DNA of 59,985 bases, filler included, from 9 parts of 9 records of this genome joined end to end with filler, not necessarily neighbours in it; one strand, 5' to 3'; shown: positions 47,642-58,685, counted from the whole stretch's first letter. Numbers and translations are program-made. Notes: generated by a model from the sequence alone, not told the origin.

Positions 47642-48265
47642 ATGTTCCGCAAGCAGAACGAAGACGAAGACGGCTCGGCACCGGTCGACGGCAAAGGCAG
47701 CGATCCGGCCGCACCGCCGCTGAAGCCCTTCAGCCGCAAAGGCTCGCACGTGCCCAGCAAATCGTCGGCCGGCTCGGCGGGGCTGCGCCACGACGTGCCC
47801 CGGCGCGGCATCGAACCGTCCCGGCGCTACGAACGCATGCGCCCCGGCGAAAGTGAAAGCAAAAAGCTGACCGTCGGCCGCGACATCTGCCTGGCCGGCG
47901 AGATCACGTCGTGCAACAAGCTGCTGGTCGAAGGCCGGGTCGAAGCTTCGCTCAACGACGCCCACGCCATCGAAATCGCGCCGACCGGGTTTTTCAAGGG
48001 CGCCGCCGAGGTCATCGAGGCCGACATCAGCGGCCTGTACGAAGGCGAACTGATCGCGCGTGAAATTCTCACCGTGCGCTCGGGCGGCCGCATTAACGGC
48101 ACCGTGCGTTACGGCCGCATCGTGATCGAGGCCGGCGGCGAGATCTCCGGCGACATGCGGGCGCTCGGTCACGGCGAAAACGACGTCGACGCAAGATCGA
48201 TCAAGGCGGACGAGCGTGGCGATGCCGGCGAGCCCGAAGACGGCGCCGATACGGCCGATTCGTAA
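47642..48265 (+). CDS. Bactofilin (polymer-forming cytoskeletal protein)
   Basis: LTVGRDICLAGEI..C..L.VEG.VE...G.I.G.VRYG.I.IE.GG.ISG beta-helix. Confidence 0.88.
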   Translation: MFRKQNEDEDGSAPVDGKGSDPAAPPLKPFSRKGSHVPSKSSAGSAGLRHDVPRRGIEPSRRYERMRPGESESKKLTVGRDICLAGEITSCNKLLVEGRVEASLNDAHAIEIAPTGFFKGAAEVIEADISGLYEGELIAREILTVRSGGRINGTVRYGRIVIEAGGEISGDMRALGHGENDVDARSIKADERGDAGEPEDGADTADS

Positions 48266-48299
48266 AGCGCCGCCGGGCCATGCCGATCGCGCCGTTACG

Positions 48300-48893
48300 A
48301 TGATGGCTTGCCCCCGCTCCCTGCCGCTGCGTTGGCCGCTGCTCCTTGTCGCCGGGCTGGTGGTGGCGGCCTGCGGGACGGCGCCGAAAAGCGGCCCGAC
48401 ACAGCTCGAACCGGGATCGTCGCCGGCCCTGTCGCCGGCGCCGACAGCGGCAACCCCGGCCGCCGAAACCGCCGACGACAACGAAGAAGAAACCCTCGAA
48501 AACCGCCGGGAAGACGCGGATTCCGGCGATGCAGGCGCGGCCGGCGAAGACAGGACGCCGCGCATCAATCTGCCGAAACCCGATTTGGGGCAACTGGCCT
48601 CGGTACCGCCAGCGGCCGATCTGCCCGGGCCCTTGGGCCTGATCGGGATGGGCGCCGAAGCCCTGCGCACCGTGCTCGGCGAACCCGATTTCATGCGCCG
48701 CGATGCGCCGGCCGAGCTCTGGCAGTATCACGGCGAAGACTGTTTTCTCGATCTGTTTTTGTACGAGCAGGCATCCGGCGGCGGCTATCGCATCACCCAT
48801 ATGGAAGCGCGCGGCCGGACGGTCGCCTCGGTTCCGCTGCGCGAGTGTTATTTCAGCCTGTTCGGCGAAGGCTCCCGCCAGGTCGGCAACTGA
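48300..48893 (+). CDS. Lipoprotein, BamE/SmpA-like C-terminal domain
   Basis: Lipobox VAAC; LGEPDF.RRD.PAELWQY...C.LDLFLY. Confidence 0.7.
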   Translation: MMACPRSLPLRWPLLLVAGLVVAACGTAPKSGPTQLEPGSSPALSPAPTAATPAAETADDNEEETLENRREDADSGDAGAAGEDRTPRINLPKPDLGQLASVPPAADLPGPLGLIGMGAEALRTVLGEPDFMRRDAPAELWQYHGEDCFLDLFLYEQASGGGYRITHMEARGRTVASVPLRECYFSLFGEGSRQVGN

Positions 48894-48907
48894 TCGGACG
48901 AATCGCC

Positions 48908-49543
48908 TCAGTCGAAGATCTTGGCCTTATAGGCGCACAGATCCTCGATGCGGCAATTGGCGCAATCGGGCTTTCGCGCCTTGCACACGTACCGCCCGTG
49001 CAGGATTAGCCAGTGGTGGGCGTGGCGTTTCCACTTGGCCGGGACCTTTTTCACAAGCCCGGCCTCGACCTCCTCGGGGGTCTTGCCGGGCGCCATGCCG
49101 GTCCGGTTGCCAAGCCGGAAGATGTGGGTGTCGACCGCGATGGTCGCCTCGCCGAAGGCAACGTTGAGCACGACGTTGGCGGTCTTGCGGCCGACCCCGG
49201 GTAAGGCGACCAGCGCCTCGCGGTCGGCCGGCACGTCGCCGCTGTGCCGCTCGAGCAAAAGTTGCGACAGCGCAATGACGTTTTTTGCCTTGGTCTTGTA
49301 AAGGCCGATCGACTTGATGAAATCGCGCAAGCGCGCCTCGCCGAGGGCGACCATCTTTTCGGGCGTATCGGCGGCGGCGAACAGATCCTTGGTCGCCTTG
49401 TTGACGCCGACGTCGGTGGCCTGGGCCGATAAAACGACGGCAACCAGAAGCGTATACGGATTGATGTAGGAAAGCTCGCTTTTCGGTTCCGGATTGGCCT
49501 CGGCGAGGCGGCGGAAGAATTCGTCGATGTCGGTTTTTTTCAT
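48908..49543 (-). CDS. nth: Endonuclease III
   Basis: LSAQATD, LPGVGRKTANV, VDTH, CKARKPDCANCRIEDLC. Confidence 0.97.
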   Translation of the reverse strand: MKKTDIDEFFRRLAEANPEPKSELSYINPYTLLVAVVLSAQATDVGVNKATKDLFAAADTPEKMVALGEARLRDFIKSIGLYKTKAKNVIALSQLLLERHSGDVPADREALVALPGVGRKTANVVLNVAFGEATIAVDTHIFRLGNRTGMAPGKTPEEVEAGLVKKVPAKWKRHAHHWLILHGRYVCKARKPDCANCRIEDLCAYKAKIFD

Positions 49544-49794
49544 GGCGCCGACAGCCTAGTCGGCCGGGTGCAATTGAGCAAGATTCGGGTGGGCGGACCT
49601 TCGATGCCGAACTACTTTTCCCGTTATGATACTCTTTTTGCTCAATCTGATGGCCAGGGTGCGGCGGTGGCGGCTGCGAAAGCGATCGCTGAAGTCACTT
49701 TCGAATTTCGACGATCACATGCTGAAGGATATCGGCCTGACACGGGACGAACTTCAGCGTCAATTGTCGGAACCTTTCTGGAGACGATGATACG

Positions 49795-50733
49795 GTGAAC
49801 CGGACGGATTTCGAGACTCTCGGCCAGGATTACCGGCGAATCGAACGCGCCGTGCGGTTCATCGTGGAAAACCGGCAATCGCAGCCGTCATTGGAAGAAA
49901 TCGCCAGCGCGGCTCATGTCAGCCCCTTTCACTTCCAGCGGCTGTTTACCAGCTGGGCCGGGGTCAGTCCGAAGCGTTTCATGGGCTTTCTGACCCTGGA
50001 TCACGCCTGGTCGATGCTAGTCGATGACGCCAACGTTCTGGAAACCAGCCTCGCAGCCGGGCTTTCCGGACCCGGCCGGCTGCACGATCTGTTTACCAAT
50101 TTCGAAGCCGTTTCACCCGGCGACGTCAAGCGGCGCGGCGCCGGACTGACCATCCGATACGGCATCCATGCCTCGCCATTCGGCCCGGCCCTGATCGGCC
50201 TGACGGACCGGGGAATCTGCCACCTCTCATTTCTCGATGAATCGGGCAACGATCCCATCGGCAGCCTATCCACATGCCTGCCGGCGGCGGAACTGAAACA
50301 CGCCCCGGAAGAGACCGGCAAAGTCGTCAACCGCATCTTTCACGGCGATTGCGGGCGGGAAACGGGCCCGCTCAACCTGCACATCACCGGCACCAATTTT
50401 CAGGTCAAGGTCTGGGAGGCTTTGCTGCACCTGCCGCTCGGTCGCATGACCACCTTTTCACAGATCGGCTCGGCCATCGGCCATCCCGGGGCCGAAGGGG
50501 CAATCGGCGGCGCGCTGAACGCCAACCCGATCGCTTTTCTGATTCCCTGTCACAGTGTGGTGCCCATGCTTCGCCGGGCCAACCCCATACGATTCCCGAC
50601 GTTGAATCAGACCGGTCCAACGGCAAACCAGCTCATCCCCCGCCGAAAAATTCCGGTGCGCAGCGCCGCCATCATCGGCTGGGAAACCGCCCGCGCCGAG
50701 CAGAATGCCGCTTCCGCTCGCGGCACACCCTAA
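49795..50733 (+). CDS. AraC-HTH plus O6-methylguanine-DNA methyltransferase (Ada-like)
   Basis: SPFHFQRLF..WAGVSPKRF, GTNFQVKVWEALL, NPIAFLIPCHSV. Confidence 0.85.
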   Translation: MNRTDFETLGQDYRRIERAVRFIVENRQSQPSLEEIASAAHVSPFHFQRLFTSWAGVSPKRFMGFLTLDHAWSMLVDDANVLETSLAAGLSGPGRLHDLFTNFEAVSPGDVKRRGAGLTIRYGIHASPFGPALIGLTDRGICHLSFLDESGNDPIGSLSTCLPAAELKHAPEETGKVVNRIFHGDCGRETGPLNLHITGTNFQVKVWEALLHLPLGRMTTFSQIGSAIGHPGAEGAIGGALNANPIAFLIPCHSVVPMLRRANPIRFPTLNQTGPTANQLIPRRKIPVRSAAIIGWETARAEQNAASARGTP

Positions 50734-50902
50734 TTGGGTAAAGAAAAGCGGCTCGGAGAGACTTTCAGATCCCCGGTCAACATCTTGCTTCGATATTCTT
50801 ACGGCCCGCTCGTCGCAGAGATGGCAACAGCGCAAAAAGTCTGTGGTCGGCGCGCAAAGAATGCCTATATGAGTCGCTTCTAAAGAACGAGGGCCGAAGG
50901 TT

Positions 50903-51451
50903 TTGCCGCCACAAATTCCCTCCCGTCTGGTCTTCAGCACGGTTCTGCGCCGCGGCCGCAGCGCCCATTTGCGCGCCATTGCGATCATCGTCGGCGTCGT
51001 CGGGTCCGTACTGACGATCACCGGGATCGGCTTCGTGCTGGCCGGCGCCTGGCCGGTGGTCGGGTTTTTCGGGCTCGAAGCGGTTATTTTGCTGGTGGCG
51101 CTACGCCTTCATCACCATGCCGGCCGCGAACGGGAAATCATCGACGTCACCGACCGGACGTTAAGGGTGTGCCGGATCGATCATCGCGGCCGCTGCCAGG
51201 ATTGGAGCTTCCCGTCCTTCTGGGTTCAGGTCGACCCTCTCGGCGCCGGTATCGAGGCCGGTCCGCTGGAAATCAGATCGCACGGACGGTCGGTCTTTGT
51301 CGGCAAATGGATGACGCCGCCGGAACGGGTTGAACTGGCCGAAAACCTGCGCCACGCCCTATTGCCGCTGGCGGCACCACCGGCCCTGCCGGCACCGCAA
51401 CGCGCACCTTCCGCCAATCCCTGCGCGCCCTGCCGTCCGGCTGCCGTCTGA
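50903..51451 (+). CDS. DUF2244 membrane protein
   Basis: GAWPVVGFFGLE, SHGR...VG......ER..LA..L..AL. Confidence 0.8.
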   Translation: MPPQIPSRLVFSTVLRRGRSAHLRAIAIIVGVVGSVLTITGIGFVLAGAWPVVGFFGLEAVILLVALRLHHHAGREREIIDVTDRTLRVCRIDHRGRCQDWSFPSFWVQVDPLGAGIEAGPLEIRSHGRSVFVGKWMTPPERVELAENLRHALLPLAAPPALPAPQRAPSANPCAPCRPAAV

Positions 51452-51463
51452 AACCAGGCGCCG

Positions 51464-52264
51464 TCACCGGAGGCCGAGAACGTCCCGCATGGAATATAGC
51501 CCCGGCGCCCGCCCCTCGGTCCACAGGGCGGCGCGAACGGCGCCGTTGACGAAAATGGCCCTTGACGTCGCCTTGTGGGTGAGAACGACCCGTTCCGCCT
51601 CGCCGGCGAAGATAACCGAATGCTCGCCGGCAACGTCGCCGCCGCGAAGGGTGGCGAAACCGATGTCGCCCCTGTTCCGCTCGCCGGTGTGACCGTCGCG
51701 GACGCGCTGGGAAACGGCATCGAGATCGACCCCGCGCCCCTGCGCCGCGGCTTGTCCCAAAGCCAACGCCGTTCCCGACGGCGCGTCGACCTTGTGGCGG
51801 TGATGCATTTCCAGGATTTCGATATCGAAATCCTCGCCCAGGGACTTGGCAACCTGTTCGGCAAGGCCGAGCAGAAGATTGATGCCGACGCTCATGTTGG
51901 CGGCCTGAACGACCGGCGCCTTCTCGGCCGCCGCGTCGATGCAGGCCTGCTGTTCGGCCGACAATCCGGTCGTGCCGACGACCAAGGCGGTGGCATGCCG
52001 GGCGGCCGACGTGGCGTGGGCGGCGGTGGCATCGGGAAGGGTGAAATCGATCACCAGGTCGGAAGCCGCCATCAACCCATCCGCGTCGTCACCGACCTTG
52101 AGTCCCGATTCGGCACCGCCCGCCAGCACCGCGACGTCGGCGCCGATGGCCGGGCTGCCGGTCATTTCGGTGCCCCCGGCCAATTCACAGTCTGGATTGG
52201 CCAGGACCTCGGCGACCAGCATGCGGCCCATACGACCGGCACATCCGACAATTCCGATTTTCAT
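51464..52264 (-). CDS. dapB: 4-hydroxy-tetrahydrodipicolinate reductase
   Basis: GCAGRMG, IDFT, GTTG, EMHHRHKVDAPSGTA; start at MKIGI. Confidence 0.96.
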   Translation of the reverse strand: MKIGIVGCAGRMGRMLVAEVLANPDCELAGGTEMTGSPAIGADVAVLAGGAESGLKVGDDADGLMAASDLVIDFTLPDATAAHATSAARHATALVVGTTGLSAEQQACIDAAAEKAPVVQAANMSVGINLLLGLAEQVAKSLGEDFDIEILEMHHRHKVDAPSGTALALGQAAAQGRGVDLDAVSQRVRDGHTGERNRGDIGFATLRGGDVAGEHSVIFAGEAERVVLTHKATSRAIFVNGAVRAALWTEGRAPGLYSMRDVLGLR

Positions 52265-52325
52265 GATTTGACGCCTCCCCCGGTTAGGCGAACTCGATAC
52301 AAAGGACCCGATCAAAGGGCGCCGG

Positions 52326-53468
52326 TCAATCCTTAAGGTCTTCCCACAGGTCCTTGACCTTGGCGAAGAAGCCGGCCGATTCGGGGCTGGTTTTTTCGGT
52401 GCTGCCGCTGTTCTCGAACTCGCGCAGCAGGTCTTTCTGCTTTTTGGAGAGATTAACCGGCGTTTCGACGAAGGTCTGCACGAACATGTCGCCATGGGCC
52501 GATGAACGCAGCACCGGCATGCCCTTGCCGGCCAGCCGGAACTGGTGACCGCCCTGGGTCCCGGCCGGAATGTTGATGCGGGCGCGCCGTCCGTCGAGGG
52601 TCGGCACTTCGATGGTCCCGCCCAACGCCGCCGTCGTCATCGGGATCGGAACCCGGCAGAAGATATTGGCGCCATCGCGCTGAAACAGGCGATGCGGCGC
52701 CACCGTCAGGAAAATATAAAGATCGCCCGCCGGCGCCCCGCGCATGCCGGCCTCGCCCTCGCCGCTGAGGCGAATGCGGGTGCCGTCCTCGACCCCGGCC
52801 GGGATATTGACCGACAGGTTCTTTTCCTTGCGTACGCGCCCGGTTCCGCCGCAACTGCGGCACGGATCCTTGATGACCTGGCCGACGCCCTGACAGGCCG
52901 GACAGGTGCGCTCGACCGTGAAAAAGCCGGACTGCGCACGAACCCGTCCATGGCCGTGGCAGGTCGGGCAAGTGATCGGCGCGGCGCCACCGGCGGCGCC
53001 GGAGCCCGAACATTCCGAACAGGCCACCGAGGTGGGGACCCGAATCTTGGTCTTGGCGCCGTGATAGACCTGATCGAGGGTGACTTCCAGATTGTAGCGA
53101 AGGTCGCCGCCACGGCCCGATCCGCCGCCGCCGCGACGGGCCCCACCGCCCATGAAGTCGCCGAACATCTCTTCGAAAATGTCGCCGAAGCCGGTGTTGC
53201 CGAAACCCTGGGAAAAACCGCCGCCGCCACCCGGACCACCCTGTTCGAAGGCGGCATGGCCGAAGCGGTCATAGGCGGCGCGTTTCTGTTCGTCCTTGAG
53301 GACGTCATTCGCCTCGTTGACTTCCTTGAATTTCTGCTCGGCCTGCTTGTCACCCGGATTGCGGTCGGGGTGATACTGCATGGCCTTCTTCCGATAGGCC
53401 TTGCGGATATCCTCGGTCGAGGCGTCCTGCTCAACCCCGAGAATATTATAGTAGTCTTCCTTCGCCAT
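52326..53468 (-). CDS. dnaJ: Chaperone DnaJ
   Basis: HPD J-domain, G/F region, four CxxCxGxG motifs. Confidence 0.98.
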   Translation of the reverse strand: MAKEDYYNILGVEQDASTEDIRKAYRKKAMQYHPDRNPGDKQAEQKFKEVNEANDVLKDEQKRAAYDRFGHAAFEQGGPGGGGGFSQGFGNTGFGDIFEEMFGDFMGGGARRGGGGSGRGGDLRYNLEVTLDQVYHGAKTKIRVPTSVACSECSGSGAAGGAAPITCPTCHGHGRVRAQSGFFTVERTCPACQGVGQVIKDPCRSCGGTGRVRKEKNLSVNIPAGVEDGTRIRLSGEGEAGMRGAPAGDLYIFLTVAPHRLFQRDGANIFCRVPIPMTTAALGGTIEVPTLDGRRARINIPAGTQGGHQFRLAGKGMPVLRSSAHGDMFVQTFVETPVNLSKKQKDLLREFENSGSTEKTSPESAGFFAKVKDLWEDLKD

Positions 53469-53569
53469 CGTCGGTCACGACCGCCAATACGGCCGGCACG
53501 GCGGATAAGGGGGGACGCACCGCGTTAGCGGCACGCCCCGATACCCGAACCGCGCGGCCATAGCGGCCG

Positions 53570-54056
53570 TCAGTCCTTTTTGTCCGCGTCTGGGTTGTCC
53601 GGATCGACCTCTTCGAAGTCGGCGTCGACCACCGTCTCGTCGCTCGGACCGGTGCTCGTCGAACCGGCCTCGGCACCGGCATCACCGGGGCCGGCAGCCG
53701 CTTCCGGGCCGGCTTCCTGGCTTGCCTTGTACATGGCCTCGCCGAGTTTCATCGAAACCTGCATGAGAGCCTCGGTCTTGGCCTTGATGTCGTCCGGTTC
53801 CTCGCCTTCGAGCGCGGTCTTGAGCTCGGCAAGGGCCGATTCGATGCCTTCCTTTTCGCTGGGCGCAACCTTGTCGCCGTATTCGGCGAGGTTCTTCTCG
53901 GTCGTATAGACCAGCGAGTCGGCCTGGTTGCGGGCCTCGACCAGTTCCTTGCGCTTCTGGTCCTCGTCGGCATGCTGTTCGGCATCCTTGACCATGCGCT
54001 CGATATCGCCATCCGACAGGCCGCCCGATGCCTGGATGCGGATCTGCTGTTCCTTG
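53570..54056 (-). CDS. dnaK: Chaperone DnaK C-terminus, 5'-truncated
   Basis: [38 protein letters not shown]. Confidence 0.95.
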
Positions 54057-54156
54057 NNNNNNNNNNNNNNNNNNNNNNNNNNNNNNNNNNNNNNNNNNNN
54101 TTAATTAATTAANNNNNNNNNNNNNNNNNNNNNNNNNNNNNNNNNNNNNNNNNNNN

Positions 54157-54383
54157 TAATATTAGTTGAAGACATGGAATTGCTGAACAAGTTGATGGAT
54201 GCCTGCGAACTGCTGTTTCGGTACAGAATTCTGCTTATCGTCCCTGACCAATCCCATGAAACAATAACCGCGGCTCATCTTTTAAGACCCCGCCTGGTAA
54301 TAAACGCGGGCGGAGATTACAGGGATATCGCGGCTATTGTTAAAAAGATGCTAGTGGAAAATGTGCTTCAGCCTGATAAATGA
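54157..54383 (+). CDS. Hypothetical protein, probably 5'-truncated
   Basis: Open frame at the contig start. Confidence 0.4.
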
Positions 54384-54559
54384 AGCCGGAAGTATCCTGA
54401 TGACCGATGTGACGAGTCGGGAATTTAAAATACGCATCGGCCGGGATTGAGAATAAACGCTCTTCCAAAGGCCGAAGCTGAATATAGTTTAGGAATTACG
54501 CCCAAAATGTGTAATTCAGCTTTTTTCAAACAACAATGCACCCGTTGAAAGGAAGGATT

Positions 54560-56563
54560 ATGTTAAAAAAATTCACCCTAAAGACAAGAATGCTGCTTTC
54601 AATCTGTACTGTGGCTTTCATTGCCTTTGCCGTAACTATTATTTTTGTCGCCGTCAAGGCAAGCGACATGGCCAAAACCGAGGCTTTTGAGAAAGTGGAC
54701 CAGATGGCCTACCGGTATGGTGGAGTCGTCAAGGCCGAGCTTGAAGTAGCCATGAATGCGGCCAGGACGACGGCGAACCTTTTTGAAGGCGTTAAAAACA
54801 GCGTCGACGTACCGGAAAGAAGCCAATTGAACGGCATGCTTAAGCAGCTTCTCGAGCGTAATCCAAACTTTATCGGCGTGTGGACCTGTTGGGAACCGAA
54901 CGCCCTGGACGGTAAGGACAAGGAATTCGCGGGCAAGGAAGGTCACGATGATACCGGAAGATTCATACCTTACTGGAACCGCGGCGCGGGCGCAATTGCT
55001 GTCGAGGCTTTGTTGGATTACGACCAACCAGGCGCCGGCGACTATTATCTTATCTCCCAAAAAACAGGCAATGAAACAATTCTTGATCCCTATTCTTACA
55101 ACATCGGCGGCAAGGATGTTCTAATCACTAGCGTTGTGGCGCCGATTAAGTATAAAGGATCAGTCGTCGGGGTGGCCGGTATTGACATTGCCCTGGACGC
55201 CTTTGCCGAATTGATTTCGGGTATTAAGCCTTTCGAGACTGGTTATGCTTTTCTGGTTTCCAATAACGGCGGGTTCGTGGCGCATCCCCGGGAAGACCTC
55301 GTGGGTAAAAATATGTCAAGCATTAACATGCCCCAGGAGGAGATAAACGCTGTTCGTCAAGGAACCACCTTCAAACAGGTGCAAAAGTCTGCGGCCACTG
55401 GAGAGGATTCCTTGATAGAGTTTGTCCCTGTCCAAATCGGCCAAACCACCACCCCGTGGTCTTTTGGCGTCGTAGCGCCCATGGACAAGGTAATGGAAGA
55501 AGCCGCAAGCATAAGGACCGCGACCATTCTTATCGGCGCCATATCATTGTTGGTATTAATGGGAATTGTCTTTTTAATCGCAAAAGGCATAGCGGATCCC
55601 ATTACCCGAATTTCATCAAATTTAAGCGAAGGCGCCTCGCAGGTGGCTTCGGCCTCGAGCGAGGTTTCCGGCGCCAGTCAATCCCTGGCCGAGGGAGCTT
55701 CTGAAAACGCGGCCGCGCTGGAAGAGACGTCTTCATCATTGGAAGAAATGTCTTCCATGACCAAGGCCAATGCCGACAATGCAACTCAAGCCAATTCACT
55801 TATGCAGGAAGCCAGGGGCACAGTCAACCGGGCCGGCGAATCCATGAAAGAAATGACCCGCTCAATGGAAGAGATTGCCAATGCCGGCCAGGAGATCGGC
55901 AAGATTATCAAAACCATTGACGAGATAGCATTTCAAACCAACCTGTTGGCTCTTAACGCGGCGGTTGAAGCAGCGAGGGCCGGCGAGGCAGGGGCAGGGT
56001 TTGCCGTGGTGGCCGATGAAGTCCGGAACCTGGCCCAAAGGGCCGCCGATGCGGCACGGAACACTTCCGACCTGATTGAAGGCACCATCCAGAAAATCGA
56101 CCACGGCAATAAATTGGTGAAAAAGACGGAAGAAGAATTTGTCGAGGTGGCGACCAATTCCAACAAAGTGGGTGAACTGGTGGGAGAGATCGCCGCGGCT
56201 TCCAGCGAACAGGCCGAGGGCATTGACCAGATCAATACGGCCATGACCCAAATGGACACGGTGACTCAGAAAAACGCGGCCAGCGCCGAAGAATCCGCCA
56301 GTGCATCGGAAGAGCTTAACGCCCAGGCCGAAAGTATGAGTGAATCCGTGGTCGAACTGGTGGCGTTAATCAGTGGAACGAATTCACGCCCGGCCGCGCA
56401 AAGGCCCAGGATCCAAACCCGAAAACCGGCGAATGGAAGACCGAGAATCGGGCTGCCACAAAGGAAAACGGCGGGTGCGGCGCCTCCTCCGGCCAGACCA
56501 AAAGGCAATGTCGTAAAAGCTGAAGATGTGATCCCCATGGACGACGATTTCAGCGACTTCTAA
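54560..56563 (+). CDS. Methyl-accepting chemotaxis protein with dCache sensor
   Basis: TM-dCache (GRFIPYW, DPY, GVAGIDI)-TM; IAFQTNLLALNAAVEAARAGEAG; C-terminal DFSDF tether. Confidence 0.95.
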   Translation: MLKKFTLKTRMLLSICTVAFIAFAVTIIFVAVKASDMAKTEAFEKVDQMAYRYGGVVKAELEVAMNAARTTANLFEGVKNSVDVPERSQLNGMLKQLLERNPNFIGVWTCWEPNALDGKDKEFAGKEGHDDTGRFIPYWNRGAGAIAVEALLDYDQPGAGDYYLISQKTGNETILDPYSYNIGGKDVLITSVVAPIKYKGSVVGVAGIDIALDAFAELISGIKPFETGYAFLVSNNGGFVAHPREDLVGKNMSSINMPQEEINAVRQGTTFKQVQKSAATGEDSLIEFVPVQIGQTTTPWSFGVVAPMDKVMEEAASIRTATILIGAISLLVLMGIVFLIAKGIADPITRISSNLSEGASQVASASSEVSGASQSLAEGASENAAALEETSSSLEEMSSMTKANADNATQANSLMQEARGTVNRAGESMKEMTRSMEEIANAGQEIGKIIKTIDEIAFQTNLLALNAAVEAARAGEAGAGFAVVADEVRNLAQRAADAARNTSDLIEGTIQKIDHGNKLVKKTEEEFVEVATNSNKVGELVGEIAAASSEQAEGIDQINTAMTQMDTVTQKNAASAEESASASEELNAQAESMSESVVELVALISGTNSRPAAQRPRIQTRKPANGRPRIGLPQRKTAGAAPPPARPKGNVVKAEDVIPMDDDFSDF

Positions 56564-56570
56564 CTTCCGG

Positions 56571-56599
56571 AAAAGGCCTGGACCGGGAAGGTCCAGGCC
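56571..56599. terminator. Terminator hairpin between convergent genes
   Basis: GGCCTGGACC-GGGAA-GGTCCAGGCC with a flanking A-run. Confidence 0.75.
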
Positions 56600-56633
56600 C
56601 TGTATTATACGCCTGACTCAAATCACCCGTAAT

Positions 56634-57383
56634 TTATAAAAATTCCCGCAGTCGATCCATGGTATCGTTGATGGTGAATTTGGAATCATATTCGTATTGT
56701 AAACCATCGATCAGTGATTTATTCCAACCTTCGTTGTAAAGTTTCTTGCATGCGGCCACGGCTTCCCTGCTGTTGGCCAAAATGTCTTCAGCCAGTTTTT
56801 GCACCGCCTGTTCGGCCGTTTCCGAGGGAGAGACAAAGTTGACCAGACCGATGCGCTCCGCTTCTTCCGCGGTTATGGTCCTGGCGGTAAAAGTAAGTTC
56901 CTTGGCCTTTAAAAAACCGACCGTGCGCGGCAGCCTCTGACTCATACCCCAGGTCGGCCGCAGTCCCCAGCGGACATGAGTATCTCCGAACCGGGCCTTG
57001 TCCGAAGCCGCGACAAGGTCGCAGGCCAGAACCAGTTCCAGGGCGCCGGTGAAACAATATCCGTTTACAAAGGCGATAACCGCCTTGGGAACGGTTCGCA
57101 GGGCTTCGGTTAGTTCCCGGGCCGGATCGTCCAGAACAGGGCCGACAGACCCGCCGGTCAGATCCCGTATTCCAAGGGCTTTTATATCCACGCCGGCGCT
57201 GAATGCCTTCCCCGCGCCTGTAAGTACGATAACTCCGACGTTTTCATCCAGTCCGGCTTTATCGACAGCGGCCTTGATTTCCCGGAGCAGGTCCGGAGTT
57301 AATGCATTCATGGCTTCAGGCCTGTTAATAGTCACCCAGGCGGTCTGATTTTCAACTCTGTATTGCACCTGATTATCGGACAT
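56634..57383 (-). CDS. Enoyl-CoA hydratase/isomerase family protein
   Basis: NRPEAMNAL, FSAGVD, GALEL.LACD, DTH.RWG. Confidence 0.92.
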   Translation of the reverse strand: MSDNQVQYRVENQTAWVTINRPEAMNALTPDLLREIKAAVDKAGLDENVGVIVLTGAGKAFSAGVDIKALGIRDLTGGSVGPVLDDPARELTEALRTVPKAVIAFVNGYCFTGALELVLACDLVAASDKARFGDTHVRWGLRPTWGMSQRLPRTVGFLKAKELTFTARTITAEEAERIGLVNFVSPSETAEQAVQKLAEDILANSREAVAACKKLYNEGWNKSLIDGLQYEYDSKFTINDTMDRLREFL

Positions 57384-57669
57384 GCGTGTAGACTCCCTTT
57401 TTATTAAATAGATGTTCTTGCACTTCCTGGTTATTTATCAGCACAAGCTATTATATAATCTTATGGAAACTCCAGGGTATAGTAATCCATAGATTCCATA
57501 GCTGTCAAACAGCCACTTACGGATCATCAATAACCGTATATAGATTGGCAGTATGGGCCGACCTTAGACTGAGAATTTGAAATTATTACTCTAATGGTGG
57601 ATTATGGATTATGTTCTATGCGGCCTAACCGAAAACACGCAAGCTTCGGCGAACTATATATTTCAATTG

Positions 57670-58668
57670 TCAGTTATCATCCTTTTTTAAGAGATCCGGA
57701 TATAATTCATTCATGCAATCAGGACAGATGCCGTGGCTGAACTTAGCATCCGTGCGGTCCTGGATATACCTTTCAACTTTTTGCCAATACCCTTTGTCAT
57801 CACGAATTTTCATACAATTTGAACAAATGGGTATGAATCCTTCCAGGGTTTTTATTTTGTCTAATGCTTCTTTCAACTCCCTGATCAGGTCTTCCCGTTC
57901 GATTTCAGCTTTTTTTCGGTCGGTAATATCTCGATTGCCGCCTCTTCTACCGATATACTCGCCATCCGGTGCATAAACCGGTTGACACCTGTGCTCCAAC
58001 CAGCGTATTTCCCCATCCGACCGTAATATACGGTATTCCATTTCAAAACTGTCGGTTTCCGATTGCCGATGCTGTTTGAAATGTTTCTTGAAAGCCTCCC
58101 TTTCATTGGGGTGAACAATTTTATACAGCAATTGCGGGTCTTTAAAAAACTCGTTCAGTGAATACCCTGTTATTCTTTCACAGGACGGCGACATGTATAT
58201 CAAGTCGCCCTCCGGCCCTATCCACGTCTCCCAATCATAGGTATAATCAGCCACTGTACGGAAATGCAACTCGCTCTTTCTCAGCTTTTGCTCCATTTCA
58301 GCCTTGTAAAAAGCTATATCGATGGCGATTCGCAGATCATCAAGTCTCACCGGCTTTTTTAGATAGTAAAACGGCTCGGCCGCTTTTGCCCTTGTCAGTG
58401 TGGCATCATCGGAATAGGCGGTAAGAAACACCACAGGCAGATTAAGCTGCTCATGTATATGCTGTGCGGCCTCGATACCGTCAATCTCCCCTTTGAGTTT
58501 GATATCCATCAGCACAAGATCTGGTTTGGATTGCCTGGCTGCCTCCAAGGCCTTTTCCCCATATCGAATAATTGGATCAACCTTGTAACCGAGCTTTTCC
58601 AGTTTGCTCCGCAGTGCTGTACTTACAACTACCTCGTCTTCAACAATCATAATTTTCTTGTGATGCAT
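57670..58668 (-). CDS. Response regulator (REC-PAS-Cys4 domain)
   Basis: VEDE, LMDI, FLTAYSD; PAS; IPICSNC.KIRDDKGYW...FSHGICPDC. Confidence 0.9.
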   Translation of the reverse strand: MHHKKIMIVEDEVVVSTALRSKLEKLGYKVDPIIRYGEKALEAARQSKPDLVLMDIKLKGEIDGIEAAQHIHEQLNLPVVFLTAYSDDATLTRAKAAEPFYYLKKPVRLDDLRIAIDIAFYKAEMEQKLRKSELHFRTVADYTYDWETWIGPEGDLIYMSPSCERITGYSLNEFFKDPQLLYKIVHPNEREAFKKHFKQHRQSETDSFEMEYRILRSDGEIRWLEHRCQPVYAPDGEYIGRRGGNRDITDRKKAEIEREDLIRELKEALDKIKTLEGFIPICSNCMKIRDDKGYWQKVERYIQDRTDAKFSHGICPDCMNELYPDLLKKDDN

Positions 58669-58685
58669 ACCTTTCCCCGAAGTCT

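Noticed and set aside
47165-49167. 509-aa minus-strand ORF and other overlapping Arg/Pro/Ala-rich ORFs
   Set aside because: High-GC shadow frames over EI24, bactofilin and lipoprotein genes.
54452-54480. Sigma28 promoter upstream of the MCP
   Set aside because: TAAA...GCCGAA is present, but the spacing is 13 nt and the -10 match is poor.
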